Assembly: GCA_965204745.1 (NCBI GenBank)
Contig: OZ242010.1
Location: forward strand, 5,408,001-5,472,000
DNA length: 64,000 nt
Reading direction: 5' to 3'
DNA from: Candidatus Latescibacterota bacterium
GTDB lineage: Bacteria > Latescibacterota > UBA2968
The notes beneath the pieces were generated by a model, which was given only the letters and a program-made list of their open reading frames with translations, did no database searches and was not told the DNA's origin. The translations under genes and the position numbers were made by a program. Position 1 is the stretch's first letter. The number at the start of each line of letters is the position of its first letter. Of this stretch, positions 20,220-29,041 are shown piece after piece.

Positions 20220-23200
20220 ATGAATAACAACATCAGAGAACAAATTGAGCATGCCTTGGGCGCGCTGGCGGATGGGGATTTTGTGGTGGGGGCGCGAGAC
20301 ATGCTCGCGGTGCTCGGTTATGAGAGCACGCGCACCTTAGACATCTCGGGCAAGGTGAATGAGTTTATTGCTCAATTCCCCGCGCCAAACGAGAACACGC
20401 AGACCGAGCAAGTGTTCCGCGAGAACGCCCGATCCATTCGGATTCTCTTTCAGGTGACGGATACTGAAATCGCAACGGTGCAAAGGACCGCTAGCTTTGA
20501 CCGCGGCAATGCGCGGAGTTTCTTGTTCGCCGCCGTCGAACTAAACGGCAAAACCTATTCGCGTGGGCAATACGCCCAATTCACCCGCGAGATCAACAAG
20601 CGGATCAACATGCCGACGGTGGTGCTGTTCAAGGCCGCAACCGATCTGCTGACCCTATCCTTTGTTCACCGCCGCGAACACAAGCGCGATTCCAACCGCG
20701 ATGTGCTCGGTCATGTGTCGCTGATCCGAGAGATCGATCCCATCAAGCCGCATCGCGCTCACTTAGATATTTTGTCCGATTTGTCGCTACCGCAACGCTT
20801 GCAATGGATGAACGCCCATGACAAGCCGCACAATTTTGATGGCCTGTTAGCCGCTTGGCTCAACGCGCTGGATACCGAGGTGCTGAACAGGCGATTTTAC
20901 GGGGATTTGTTCGGCTGGTTTGAACGCGCCATCCGCGAGGCCACCTTCCCGTCTCGTCAGAAGCGGACGTTGCCACCGGAAGAACATATCATCCGCTTGA
21001 TCACTCGGTTGATGTTCGTTTGGTTCATCAAGGAGAAAAGGCTGATCGCAGAGGATCTGTTCATCGAGGAGCGAATCGCCAGGTTGCTGAAAAACTATGA
21101 CCGCGACGCGGGCGATTCGTATTATCGCGCTGTGTTGCAAAATCTGTTTTTCGCCACCCTGAACACCGAGCGCGACAGACGCGGTTTTAGCGCGGGGAGC
21201 AACGCCACGCACCGAGATTTCTCCCGCTATCGGTACGAGAACGAGATCGCTACTCCCGACCAGTTGCTCGCCCTGTTCGATCAAACGCCGTTCATCAATG
21301 GCGGCCTGTTCGATTGCCTCGACAGCGAGGAGGCCACCCGCGCTGGCGGCTATCGCATCGACTGTTTCACCGACACCCCCGGTCAACGTCGCGACTATTC
21401 TATCCCCAATCGCCTGTTCTTCGACGACGATGGGCTGATTCCCCTGTTCAACCGCTACAAGTTCACGGTGGAGGAGAACACGCCTGTCGAGCAAGAAGTC
21501 GCGCTTGACCCCGAGCTTCTCGGCAAGGTGTTTGAGAATCTCCTCGCCGCGTACAATCCAGAGACACGCGACACCGCCCGCAAGCAGACCGGCTCGTACT
21601 ACACGCCGCGCCCTGTGGTGGATTACATGGTGGATGAGGCATTGGTCGCGGCATTGGCGCAGGCGTGTTCGCCAAGCGATAGCGACACAGATTTTTGGCA
21701 AGATCGATTGCGCTATTTGCTGGACTACGAGGATGCGTTCAACGACGCCCATGAACTGTTTGAGGAAGGGGAAACCGCGGGCATTGTGCGGGCGATTTCC
21801 GAGATTAAAGTGCTCGATCCTGCGGTCGGTTCGGGCGCGTTTCCAATGGGCATGTTGCACAAGATGGCGATGGCCTTGCGTCGTCTTGATCCAGACAACC
21901 AACGCTGGGCCACCTTGCAAAAAGAACGCGCCCGCACAAAGGCAGACGCGGCGTTTGATACGAAAAATCAGCGAGAACGCGATGCCGAGTTGCTGGCGAT
22001 CAGCGACACGTTTGAGCGGTATTCGGGCGACTTTGGGCGCAAGTTGTATCTGATTCAAAACAGCATTTTCGGCGTGGATATTCAGCCTATCGCCACGCAG
22101 ATCGCCAAGCTGCGATTTTTCATCTCCCTCGCCATCGAGCAAGAGCCGGACGAGACCGCGGACAACTTCGGCATCAAGCCCTTGCCCAATTTGGAAACGC
22201 GCTTTATCGCCGCGGATACGCTGATGCAACTCAAGGCCGCAGATCAACTGGACTTGTTCCGCCAACAGATTGATGCCCTAAAAACAAAACTGACGGAGAA
22301 CCGCGAGCGACATTTTCACGCGACCACGCGACGCAAAAAACTCGCATGCAGAGATGCGGACAACCAGTTGCGCCGCGCATTGGCAGACGAACTCAACGCT
22401 GCCGGCCTTCCCGAAGATGATGCGAAGAAAATCACGCATTGGGATCCCTACGACCAAAACGCCAAAGCCGACTGGTTCGACCCCGAGTATATGTTCGGCA
22501 TCGCAGACGGGTTCGACATCGTGATCGGCAATCCGCCGTACATCCAGTTGCAGAAAAACAGAGGGGAATTGCGCCGCCGTTACCAAACCGCTGATTTTGA
22601 AACCTTTGCCGCCACCGGCGACATCTACCAACTGTTCTACGAGAAAGGTTGCCAACTGCTTATGCCACAGCACGGCCTGATCGCTTATATCACGTCCAAC
22701 AGTTGGCTGAAGGCGCAATACGGCAAATCCACGCGCCGCTATTTCGCCGAGCAACACACGCCCCTGCAATTAGTGGAAATGGGCAAGGATGTTTTTGAAA
22801 ACGCCATCGTTGACACCAACATTCTGATAGCGCGCAGCGGCAAAAACGATGCGATCTGCAAGGCGGTGGACATAGATCGCCTTCCCGATAAAGCCTTCCC
22901 GCCGGCCGAAAACCTTTGGGGACAGTTGCGTCCGCGAAAGGACAGGCCATGGAGCGCGATGTCGGTCATAGAGCAGTCGATTATGGACGAGATGGAGGCG
23001 ATTGAAACGCCGTTGAAAGAGTGGGATGTGGTTATCAACTATGGGATCAAGACTGGCTACAACAACGCCTTCATTATCGACGATGAGACCAAAGAGGAGT
23101 TGGTTGCCGCAGATCCGAAATCCGCCGAGATTATCAAGCCCGTGTTGCGTGGCAGGGACATTCAGCGATGGCGAGCGGAGTGGGCGGGCTTGTGGCTGGT

Positions 23201-24116
23201 TGATACACACAACGGATATGACGATGTTTCCGCCATCAACATTGAGGACTACCCAACCATCAAAAACCATCTGGACGAATTCTATCCTCAACTGGAAAAG
23301 CGGCAGGACAAAGGCAAGACGCCGTACAATCTACGCAACTGCGCTTATCACGAGGATTTTCAAAAAGAAAAGCTGTTCTGGATGGACCTGACAGAGCAAG
23401 GAAGATTTGCGTATGATGCGGGGGAAATGTTTTGCGTGAATACGGCTTTTATGATGTCTGGGCAAGCAATCAAGTATCTGTGTGCGATTCTTAACTCTCG
23501 GCTGATCACTTGGTTTATGCGGAATACGGCACTCAATTCTGGTATGGGCGTGCCCCGATGGATTCGCAGTTCGGTTGAAACCATCCCCATTCCCAAGATC
23601 ACCGCTGATAGGGACGCCCTCATCTCGACCATCGTCGATTATATCCTTTACCTCAAGAAGCAACCCTCTACGGATGGCAAAAATTTAGCGTATGCCCGCG
23701 ACTACCTAATGGTCAAGTATTTTGAGCGAATAATCGACGGACTGGTTTATGAACTCTACCTGAGTGATGAACTGCATCGCGCTGGCAAGTACTTCTTCAA
23801 GCCGTTGCAGGACGAGCAGTTGCCCTCTATTGAGGAAATCACCGGCGATAAAATGTCTGCACTCCGCGCCATCTTTGAGCAGTTGTTTGACAGAAAACAT
23901 CCCGTGCGGAAAAACCTTTTCTTTTTGAATAGTTTGGAAATCATCCGCATCATTGAGGGGAAAGAGGAACTGAAAATCCAACGTCGGCCAGAACGCGACC
24001 CCCTACTGGCATTAGCAGGCACATTGACTTGTGATGTCACAGATATCGGCGAGAGACACGACGAATATATCGGGCAAGCGTTGCAAAAAGAAATGCGAGG
24101 CGTTGATAATGAATGA
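20220..24116 (+). CDS. Eco57I-like adenine DNA methyltransferase (type IIG/IIL-like R-M) with TaqI-like specificity domain and antitoxin-like C-terminal tail
   Basis: GSYYTP, LDPAVGSGAF (motif I), IGNPPY (motif IV), LCAILNS; tail DPLLALAGTL..DVTDIGERHDEYIG. Confidence 0.9.
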   Translation: MNNNIREQIEHALGALADGDFVVGARDMLAVLGYESTRTLDISGKVNEFIAQFPAPNENTQTEQVFRENARSIRILFQVTDTEIATVQRTASFDRGNARSFLFAAVELNGKTYSRGQYAQFTREINKRINMPTVVLFKAATDLLTLSFVHRREHKRDSNRDVLGHVSLIREIDPIKPHRAHLDILSDLSLPQRLQWMNAHDKPHNFDGLLAAWLNALDTEVLNRRFYGDLFGWFERAIREATFPSRQKRTLPPEEHIIRLITRLMFVWFIKEKRLIAEDLFIEERIARLLKNYDRDAGDSYYRAVLQNLFFATLNTERDRRGFSAGSNATHRDFSRYRYENEIATPDQLLALFDQTPFINGGLFDCLDSEEATRAGGYRIDCFTDTPGQRRDYSIPNRLFFDDDGLIPLFNRYKFTVEENTPVEQEVALDPELLGKVFENLLAAYNPETRDTARKQTGSYYTPRPVVDYMVDEALVAALAQACSPSDSDTDFWQDRLRYLLDYEDAFNDAHELFEEGETAGIVRAISEIKVLDPAVGSGAFPMGMLHKMAMALRRLDPDNQRWATLQKERARTKADAAFDTKNQRERDAELLAISDTFERYSGDFGRKLYLIQNSIFGVDIQPIATQIAKLRFFISLAIEQEPDETADNFGIKPLPNLETRFIAADTLMQLKAADQLDLFRQQIDALKTKLTENRERHFHATTRRKKLACRDADNQLRRALADELNAAGLPEDDAKKITHWDPYDQNAKADWFDPEYMFGIADGFDIVIGNPPYIQLQKNRGELRRRYQTADFETFAATGDIYQLFYEKGCQLLMPQHGLIAYITSNSWLKAQYGKSTRRYFAEQHTPLQLVEMGKDVFENAIVDTNILIARSGKNDAICKAVDIDRLPDKAFPPAENLWGQLRPRKDRPWSAMSVIEQSIMDEMEAIETPLKEWDVVINYGIKTGYNNAFIIDDETKEELVAADPKSAEIIKPVLRGRDIQRWRAEWAGLWLVDTHNGYDDVSAINIEDYPTIKNHLDEFYPQLEKRQDKGKTPYNLRNCAYHEDFQKEKLFWMDLTEQGRFAYDAGEMFCVNTAFMMSGQAIKYLCAILNSRLITWFMRNTALNSGMGVPRWIRSSVETIPIPKITADRDALISTIVDYILYLKKQPSTDGKNLAYARDYLMVKYFERIIDGLVYELYLSDELHRAGKYFFKPLQDEQLPSIEEITGDKMSALRAIFEQLFDRKHPVRKNLFFLNSLEIIRIIEGKEELKIQRRPERDPLLALAGTLTCDVTDIGERHDEYIGQALQKEMRGVDNE

Positions 24117-24524
24117 GGTATTCGTAGATACGTCGGGATGGGCTAGCTTTTTTGTCGTACTGAACCTCATCATGCGAAAGCCATCGAGTTGATGACGCAG
24201 TGGCAACAACAAAACGGGCGCGTGGTCACGACAAACTACATCTTGAGTGAATTAGCCGCCCTCTTTACGAGTCCCTTACGTGTACCAAGGTCGACAATTC
24301 TGGATTGTATTCAGACCATCTGCTCACGGCCTTGGGTCGAAGTTGTCCACATTGACCTGTCCTTAGACGAGGCGGCATGGAAGTTATTCGGAGACCGATT
24401 GGATAAAGAATGGAGCCTCGTGGATTGTGCGAGTTTTGTCGTGATGCAACAGCACGGCTTGACCGACGCCTTGACGGCGGATCACCACTTTGAACAAGCT
24501 GGCTTTGTCCGCCTGCTAAAATAA
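24109..24524 (+). pseudogene. vapC: PIN/VapC toxin, frameshifted at a T6 run
   Basis: ATG 24109 MNEVFVDTSGWASFF, stop at 24192; the -1 frame continues RTEPHHAKA...TTNYILSE...SLVDCASF...TADHHFEQAGF. Confidence 0.8.
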
Positions 24525-24589
24525 TTCATCCATGAAGTCGCTCCCTACTCAACCCCAGCGCAAGAAGCCTACAACACCGCCGCCTATCC

Positions 24590-25414
24590 AACCCCTAAAT
24601 CCTGCAAATCCTGATCCAGACAAATGACGCAGAGATCGCGGATTGAGGAAGCGCAGGTGGGGCGGAGGGCGCGGGTAACTGTCTGAATCGCGGATTAAAC
24701 GGATTACGCGGATGAACGCGGATTGGGTTGGCAGGTAGGGCAGAGGGCGCAGATGACACAGACGCCGCAAGTAGGGCAGAGGATGTGGATTGGGGAAGCG
24801 CAGGTAGGACAAAGGTCGCAGGTGGTGCGAAGGACATAGCGGGGGCAGGGGGTAGCGGGGTAATCCGTGAAATCCCCAAATCCGCGTAATCCGCGATTCA
24901 GACAAATGACGCAGAGATCGCGAATTGAGGAAGCGCAGGTGGGGCGGAGGGCGCGGGTAACTGTCTGAATCGCGGATTAAACAGATTACGCGGATGAACG
25001 CGGATTGGGTTGGCAGATAGGACAGAGGATATAGCAGACACAGACGCCGCAAGTAGGGCAGAGGACGCGGATTGGGAAAGCGCAGGTAGGACGAAGAATG
25101 CAGAGGGCATGAAGGACATAGCGGATGCGGGGAGTGATGGGTAATCCGCGTAATCTCCTAATCCGCGAAAATCCGTGATTCAGACAAGGGGTGGACGCAG
25201 ATTGGACAGTGCAGGTGGCACGAAAGACACAGCGGGGGCAGGGGGGAGCGGGGTAATCTGTGAAATCCCCAAATCCGCGAAAATCCGCGATTCAGACAAG
25301 GGGCAGAGGACGCGGATTGGACAGTGCAGGTGGTACGAAGGACACAGTGGTTGTGAAGGGCGGCGGGTTTTAATCCGCGTAACCCCCAAATCCGCGTAAT
25401 CCGCGATTCAGACA
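24590..25414. repeat. Array of family D units, including a ~282-bp tandem duplication
   Basis: Two 225-bp units bounded by the inverted repeats, plus extra right ends at 25298 and 25414. Confidence 0.85.
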
Positions 25415-25440
25415 ATAGGTTTTTTATATCGGAGGTCAGA

Positions 25441-26223
25441 ATGACATTGAACGAGCGACAGAAGCGATTTTTTTACGAACAGGGTTATCTCAAGGTCGCG
25501 GGCGCGGTGCCGCGCGTGATGGTGGATGCGGCGCGGCAGGCGATCAACGCCGAAATCGGCAAGGGGAATGCCAATCCGTTTGCCGAAATCAACACCGCGC
25601 CGGTCATTGCGGATTTGTTCAATGAAACGCCCGTGTTTTCCCTGCTCGAATCCGCATTGGGAACGGGCAATTTGCAACGTTGTCGAGCGGGCGGCATTAA
25701 GCTCAATTTTCCGCGTCCCCCCGGCAGTTCGGCAGATGTATTGACGCGAGAAATTGGATGGGGCAGAAGTGGTGGGCATCTCGATGGGATCAAGGCCGTG
25801 GGCGACCGGTTGCGCGGGTTGCGCGATGATGGGACGTATAACCGCAATTTTACGTCGTTTGCCGTGGTGTATTTGGACGATGTGCCGGTGCCCAATGGTG
25901 GCAATTTTACCGTGTGGCCCAAGTCGCATCACTTTTTTGAAGATTATTTTCGGGAACACGGGCATCGCGTTTTGGACGATCACATGCCCCATGTCACCTT
26001 GCCCGAAGGCCCGGTCTTCGTGACTGCCGAGGCAGGAGATGTGATTTTTGCCCATCACGCAATGGTGCATACGGGCGGCCCCAACACCTCGCCCAATATC
26101 CGGTACGCGGTGATTTTCAGGGCGAAACACGCGCGGATCGACGACATTGGATTCGACGCGTTCACGGATATATGGCGCGAGTGGGATGGGGTGCGCGAAG
26201 CCGCGGGCATTGGGAAAAGATAA
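25441..26223 (+). CDS. Phytanoyl-CoA dioxygenase (PhyH) family protein
   Basis: FYEQGYL, GHLDG, GNFTVWPKSH, AGDVIFAH..MVH, R. Confidence 0.85.
   Translation: MTLNERQKRFFYEQGYLKVAGAVPRVMVDAARQAINAEIGKGNANPFAEINTAPVIADLFNETPVFSLLESALGTGNLQRCRAGGIKLNFPRPPGSSADVLTREIGWGRSGGHLDGIKAVGDRLRGLRDDGTYNRNFTSFAVVYLDDVPVPNGGNFTVWPKSHHFFEDYFREHGHRVLDDHMPHVTLPEGPVFVTAEAGDVIFAHHAMVHTGGPNTSPNIRYAVIFRAKHARIDDIGFDAFTDIWREWDGVREAAGIGKR
26172..26211 (+). repeat. 40-bp direct repeat, copy 1 (phyH 3' end)
   Basis: 39/40 identical to 27017-27056. Confidence 0.9.
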
Positions 26224-26226
26224 ACG

Positions 26227-26763
26227 ATGCCGCGAAAGATAAGGGCGTTAATCCGACAACTCGAAAAGGCTCAATTCATCAATCGGGGTGGTAAAGGTAG
26301 CCATAGAAATTGCGAAACATCCAAAAGGGTGAAAGTCTTGTCGTTAATTTGTTGGTCATTGTTGATTGTTTGGTGTATGTTTTGTGTCGTATTTGTTCTT
26401 TGAAAAGTGAATCGGGATAGGCCGTTGCTGATAAAGACATGTCTGCGACAGCGACAACCAAGCGGCAGACCTAAAATCTCCTATCAGCGTAAAATCCACA
26501 GGAAGAATAGGAAATAATAGACTATTCACTTGCGCGGCTAGCTTGACCGAGCAAGTAAAAAACGGACGTGGAGGTGCTGTAAGACGGACAAGAGGTTGTA
26601 TGTGCTTGGACGCTGACCCGATGAAGCGTCAATTTCAGTTGGTCAACAATGATCAACAAGAAAGGAGCGGATGCGCGTCACAATTTCTGGCAAACTCGGT
26701 GATGATGCGAAACCCTACCAAGAAAAGGAAGTCAAAAGGAAAATTGAGGAGTCTCAACGATGA
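26227..26763 (+). pseudogene. hicA: HicA toxin split by a 342-bp insertion
   Basis: MPRKIRALIRQLEKAQFINRGGKGSHRN..KV (26227-26337) + TISGKLGDDAKPYQEKEVKRKIEESQR* (26680-26763); ATGA overlap with hicB. Confidence 0.85.
26338..26679 (+). other. Structured insert (candidate RNA or mobile element) with boxA-like motif
   Basis: GTC duplicated at the junctions; closing stem 26349-26368/26640-26659; TGTTCTTTGAAAA at 26394; several internal hairpins. Confidence 0.6.
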
Positions 26764-26996
26764 CTGAAAGTGCCCAGTACATCAAAATTGTCGAATGGTC
26801 GGACGAAGACCGATGTTTTATTGGGTATTGTCCGGGCATTATCGGTCCGTGTTGCCACGGGGACAATGAAATCGAAGTCTATCGGGCACTGTGCCAGATT
26901 GTCGATGAGTGGTTGGAAATCGCCCGCCGAGAAAACAAGGCATTGCCGCCCCCAACGATTGGCAGAAACGTCGCCAAATTGTTAATGCCAGCCTAA
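26760..26996 (+). CDS. hicB: HicB-like antitoxin
   Basis: YIKIVEWSDEDRCFIGYCPG...HGD..E......IVDEWLE......LPPP. Confidence 0.8.
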   Translation: MTESAQYIKIVEWSDEDRCFIGYCPGIIGPCCHGDNEIEVYRALCQIVDEWLEIARRENKALPPPTIGRNVAKLLMPA

Positions 26997-27016
26997 CCCA
27001 AAAGCCGTAGCGATTG

Positions 27017-27056
27017 ATGGCGCGAGTGGGATGGGGTGCGCGAAGCCGTGGGCATT
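27017..27056 (+). repeat. 40-bp direct repeat, copy 2
   Basis: Duplicate of the phyH 3' end. Confidence 0.9.
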
Positions 27057-27086
27057 AATTGTGAACCCTACCAAAAGGAGATCAGC

Positions 27087-27974
27087 ATGAAATCGGCGTC
27101 TGAATTTGATCGGGAACTGCTCGACCTTTACGACGAGTATGTGCATGGGCAAACGGATCGGCGGGGCTTTTTGAATCGCGCTGCGAAATTTGCCGTTGGC
27201 GGTGCGACAGCGGCTTCCATTCTGGACAGCTTGAAACCCAATTACGCGCTCGCCCAGCAAATCGCCACAGATGACGAGCGCATCAATGCGGACCATCGAG
27301 CCTATCCATCGCCAGACGGACACGACGAGACGCGCGGGTATCTCGTCGCGCCGGCGGGAACCGAGGGCAAAGTGCCCGGGGTGGTCGTTCTGCACGAAAA
27401 TCGGGGCTTGAATCCCTATATCGAGGATGTCGCGCGCCGCGTGGCCGTGGCCGGTTTTTTGGCCTTTGCCCCGGACGCGCTGGCGCCTTTGGGCGGATAC
27501 CCCGGCACGGATGACGAAGGGCGGCTCATGCAGCGGCAAGTGGATCGCGACAAGATGATGGCAGATTTTATCGCGGCTGCGCGTTTTGTGCATTCGCACC
27601 CCAAATGCACGGGCAAAGTCGGGGTGGTGGGGTTCTGCTTTGGCGGCGGCATGTCCAACGCGCTCGCGGTGAGCATCCCGGATATTATTGCCGCTGCCGT
27701 GCCCTTTTACGGGCGGCAACCCGCGGCTGAAGACGTGCCGAAAATCAAAGCCGCGTTGCTCATTCACTACGCGGAATTGGACAGGCGCATCAACCGGGGG
27801 TGGCCCGCGTACGAAGCCGCCCTCAAAGAAGCGGGCGTGACTTATACGGCGCACATTTACGAAGGCGTCAACCACGGGTTTCACAACGACACGACGCCGC
27901 GCTATGACGAGGCCGCTGCAAAATTGGCGTGGCAACGCACGATTGACTTTTTCAACGCGACATTGCGGGAGTAG
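27087..27974 (+). CDS. Dienelactone hydrolase family (YghX-like)
   Basis: [41 protein letters not shown]. Confidence 0.92.
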   Translation: MKSASEFDRELLDLYDEYVHGQTDRRGFLNRAAKFAVGGATAASILDSLKPNYALAQQIATDDERINADHRAYPSPDGHDETRGYLVAPAGTEGKVPGVVVLHENRGLNPYIEDVARRVAVAGFLAFAPDALAPLGGYPGTDDEGRLMQRQVDRDKMMADFIAAARFVHSHPKCTGKVGVVGFCFGGGMSNALAVSIPDIIAAAVPFYGRQPAAEDVPKIKAALLIHYAELDRRINRGWPAYEAALKEAGVTYTAHIYEGVNHGFHNDTTPRYDEAAAKLAWQRTIDFFNATLRE

Positions 27975-27991
27975 TGGATCTGAAAATCCGC

Positions 27992-28020
27992 TTGACAATC
28001 GCTTTGGATTCACATAGCTT
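27992..28020 (+). promoter_or_regulatory. Sigma70-like promoter of tRNA-Val
   Basis: TTGACA-17 nt-TAGCTT. Confidence 0.6.
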
Positions 28021-28046
28021 GTCCGCCACAAATACAGCGCGAGGGT

Positions 28047-28123
28047 GGGCGATTAGCTCAGGTGGTTAGAGTGCTTGCTTGACATGCAAGAGGTCACTGG
28101 TTCAAGTCCAGTATCGCCCACCA
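28047..28123 (+). tRNA. tRNA-Val (GAC)
   Basis: GGGCGAT/ATCGCCC acceptor stem, CTTGC-TTGACAT-GCAAG anticodon arm, GGTTCAAGTCC T-arm, encoded CCA. Confidence 0.95.
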
Positions 28124-28134
28124 TTAAAACGACA

Positions 28135-28172
28135 AAATGGGTTACGCTACTCAGCGTGACCCATTTTTTTTT
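28135..28172 (+). terminator. Intrinsic terminator after tRNA
   Basis: AAAATGGGTTACGCT-act-c-AGCGTGACCCATTTTTTTTT. Confidence 0.75.
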
Positions 28173-28680
28173 GGTCGTGTTGACATTTTATTTTTTTCAC
28201 GTTACGCACAGATTAGCAAGATTAGCAAATGTGTTGCTTGCTCATTTAAGGCGTTTGGTCCTACAGCCTCGTTGGTTGCCTCCGATGCCTTCGGCGACCT
28301 ACTTTTTTTCAACAGCAAAAAAAAGTAGGCAAAAAATGCCGCTCTCAAACGCCGAGAGGCTTGCACAGCGCAAATCGCTTTTGTAATAGGACGATATGCG
28401 CCAGCCTGCAAAGTGGGTTGCGAGATGGACGTTGGTTGCGAGACGGACTTGCGCGCTGTGCCTGATGGCTTTAGCTGATGGGCTTTTGCGATGGCATTTG
28501 TTGTGATGCCTTATTTGAACTGCGGAACGTCCGTGAATACGATGAGCGTGGTAGCAAAAGCGAGAGTGCTGAAGGAGCGACTGTCCGAATTTCTCAAACC
28601 GAGAGCATATTCTGCGATAGGGCTAATTTTTTTCATAAACCGCCCCATCTAGTTGCATTGCTCGTAAATGTCAACATACC
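28173..28680 (+). mobile_element. Family E MITE (terminal inverted repeats GGTCGTGTTGACATTT / AAATGTCAACATACC)
   Basis: Imperfect 16-bp terminal inverted repeats; interior shared with 46931-47349 and 17598-17880; no transposase. Confidence 0.8.
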
Positions 28681-28774
28681 CCCCTACACACGGCTCGCCT
28701 TTGAATTGGCTGTTGTACCCCGCTCGTGGCTAATCGCCTCGTGTGGCTCACTTCAGGTTGGGTGGTTGGGTGGG

Positions 28775-28985
28775 GACTGACTACTGACTACTGACTACTG
28801 ACTACTGACTACTGACTACTGACTACTGACTACTGACTACTGACTACTGACTACTGACTACTGACTACTGACTACTGACTACTGACTACTGACTACTGAC
28901 TACTGACTACTGACTACTGACTACTGACTACTGACTACTGACTACTGACTACTGACTACTGACTACTGACTACTGACTACTGACT
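28775..28985. repeat. Perfect tandem (GACTACT)x29
   Basis: 29 full units at 28779-28981. Confidence 0.95.
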
Positions 28986-29041
28986 CTCCCGTATCGCCTT
29001 TCACCTCTTGCCTTTCACCTCTTGCGTCTCCCGTCTTACCC

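Noticed and set aside
20220-24116. Complete BREX/DISARM system
   Set aside because: No helicase, PLD, PglZ or other partner genes are adjacent.
24590-25414. Possible CRISPR array
   Set aside because: Units are irregular in length, the spacers are homologous to each other, repeats occur in both orientations, and no cas genes are present.
26586-26630. Weak resemblance to the 23S rRNA 5' end
   Set aside because: Only short patchy matches and no continuing rRNA sequence.
26325-26680. Group II intron domain V-like fragments (GAGCGGATGCG; GGTGAAAGTC)
   Set aside because: The pieces are in the wrong order, one lies in hicA coding sequence, and there is no GTGCG 5' end or RT.
28124-28680. Genomic island integrated at tRNA-Val
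   Set aside because: No integrase and no duplicate of the tRNA 3' end seen in the window; only a MITE follows the terminator.
28075-28780. Small ORFs in MITE/repeat regions (also 17550-17925, 46968-47625, 59609-60439)
   Set aside because: Translations of non-coding repeats; the same peptides recur with broken frames in each copy.
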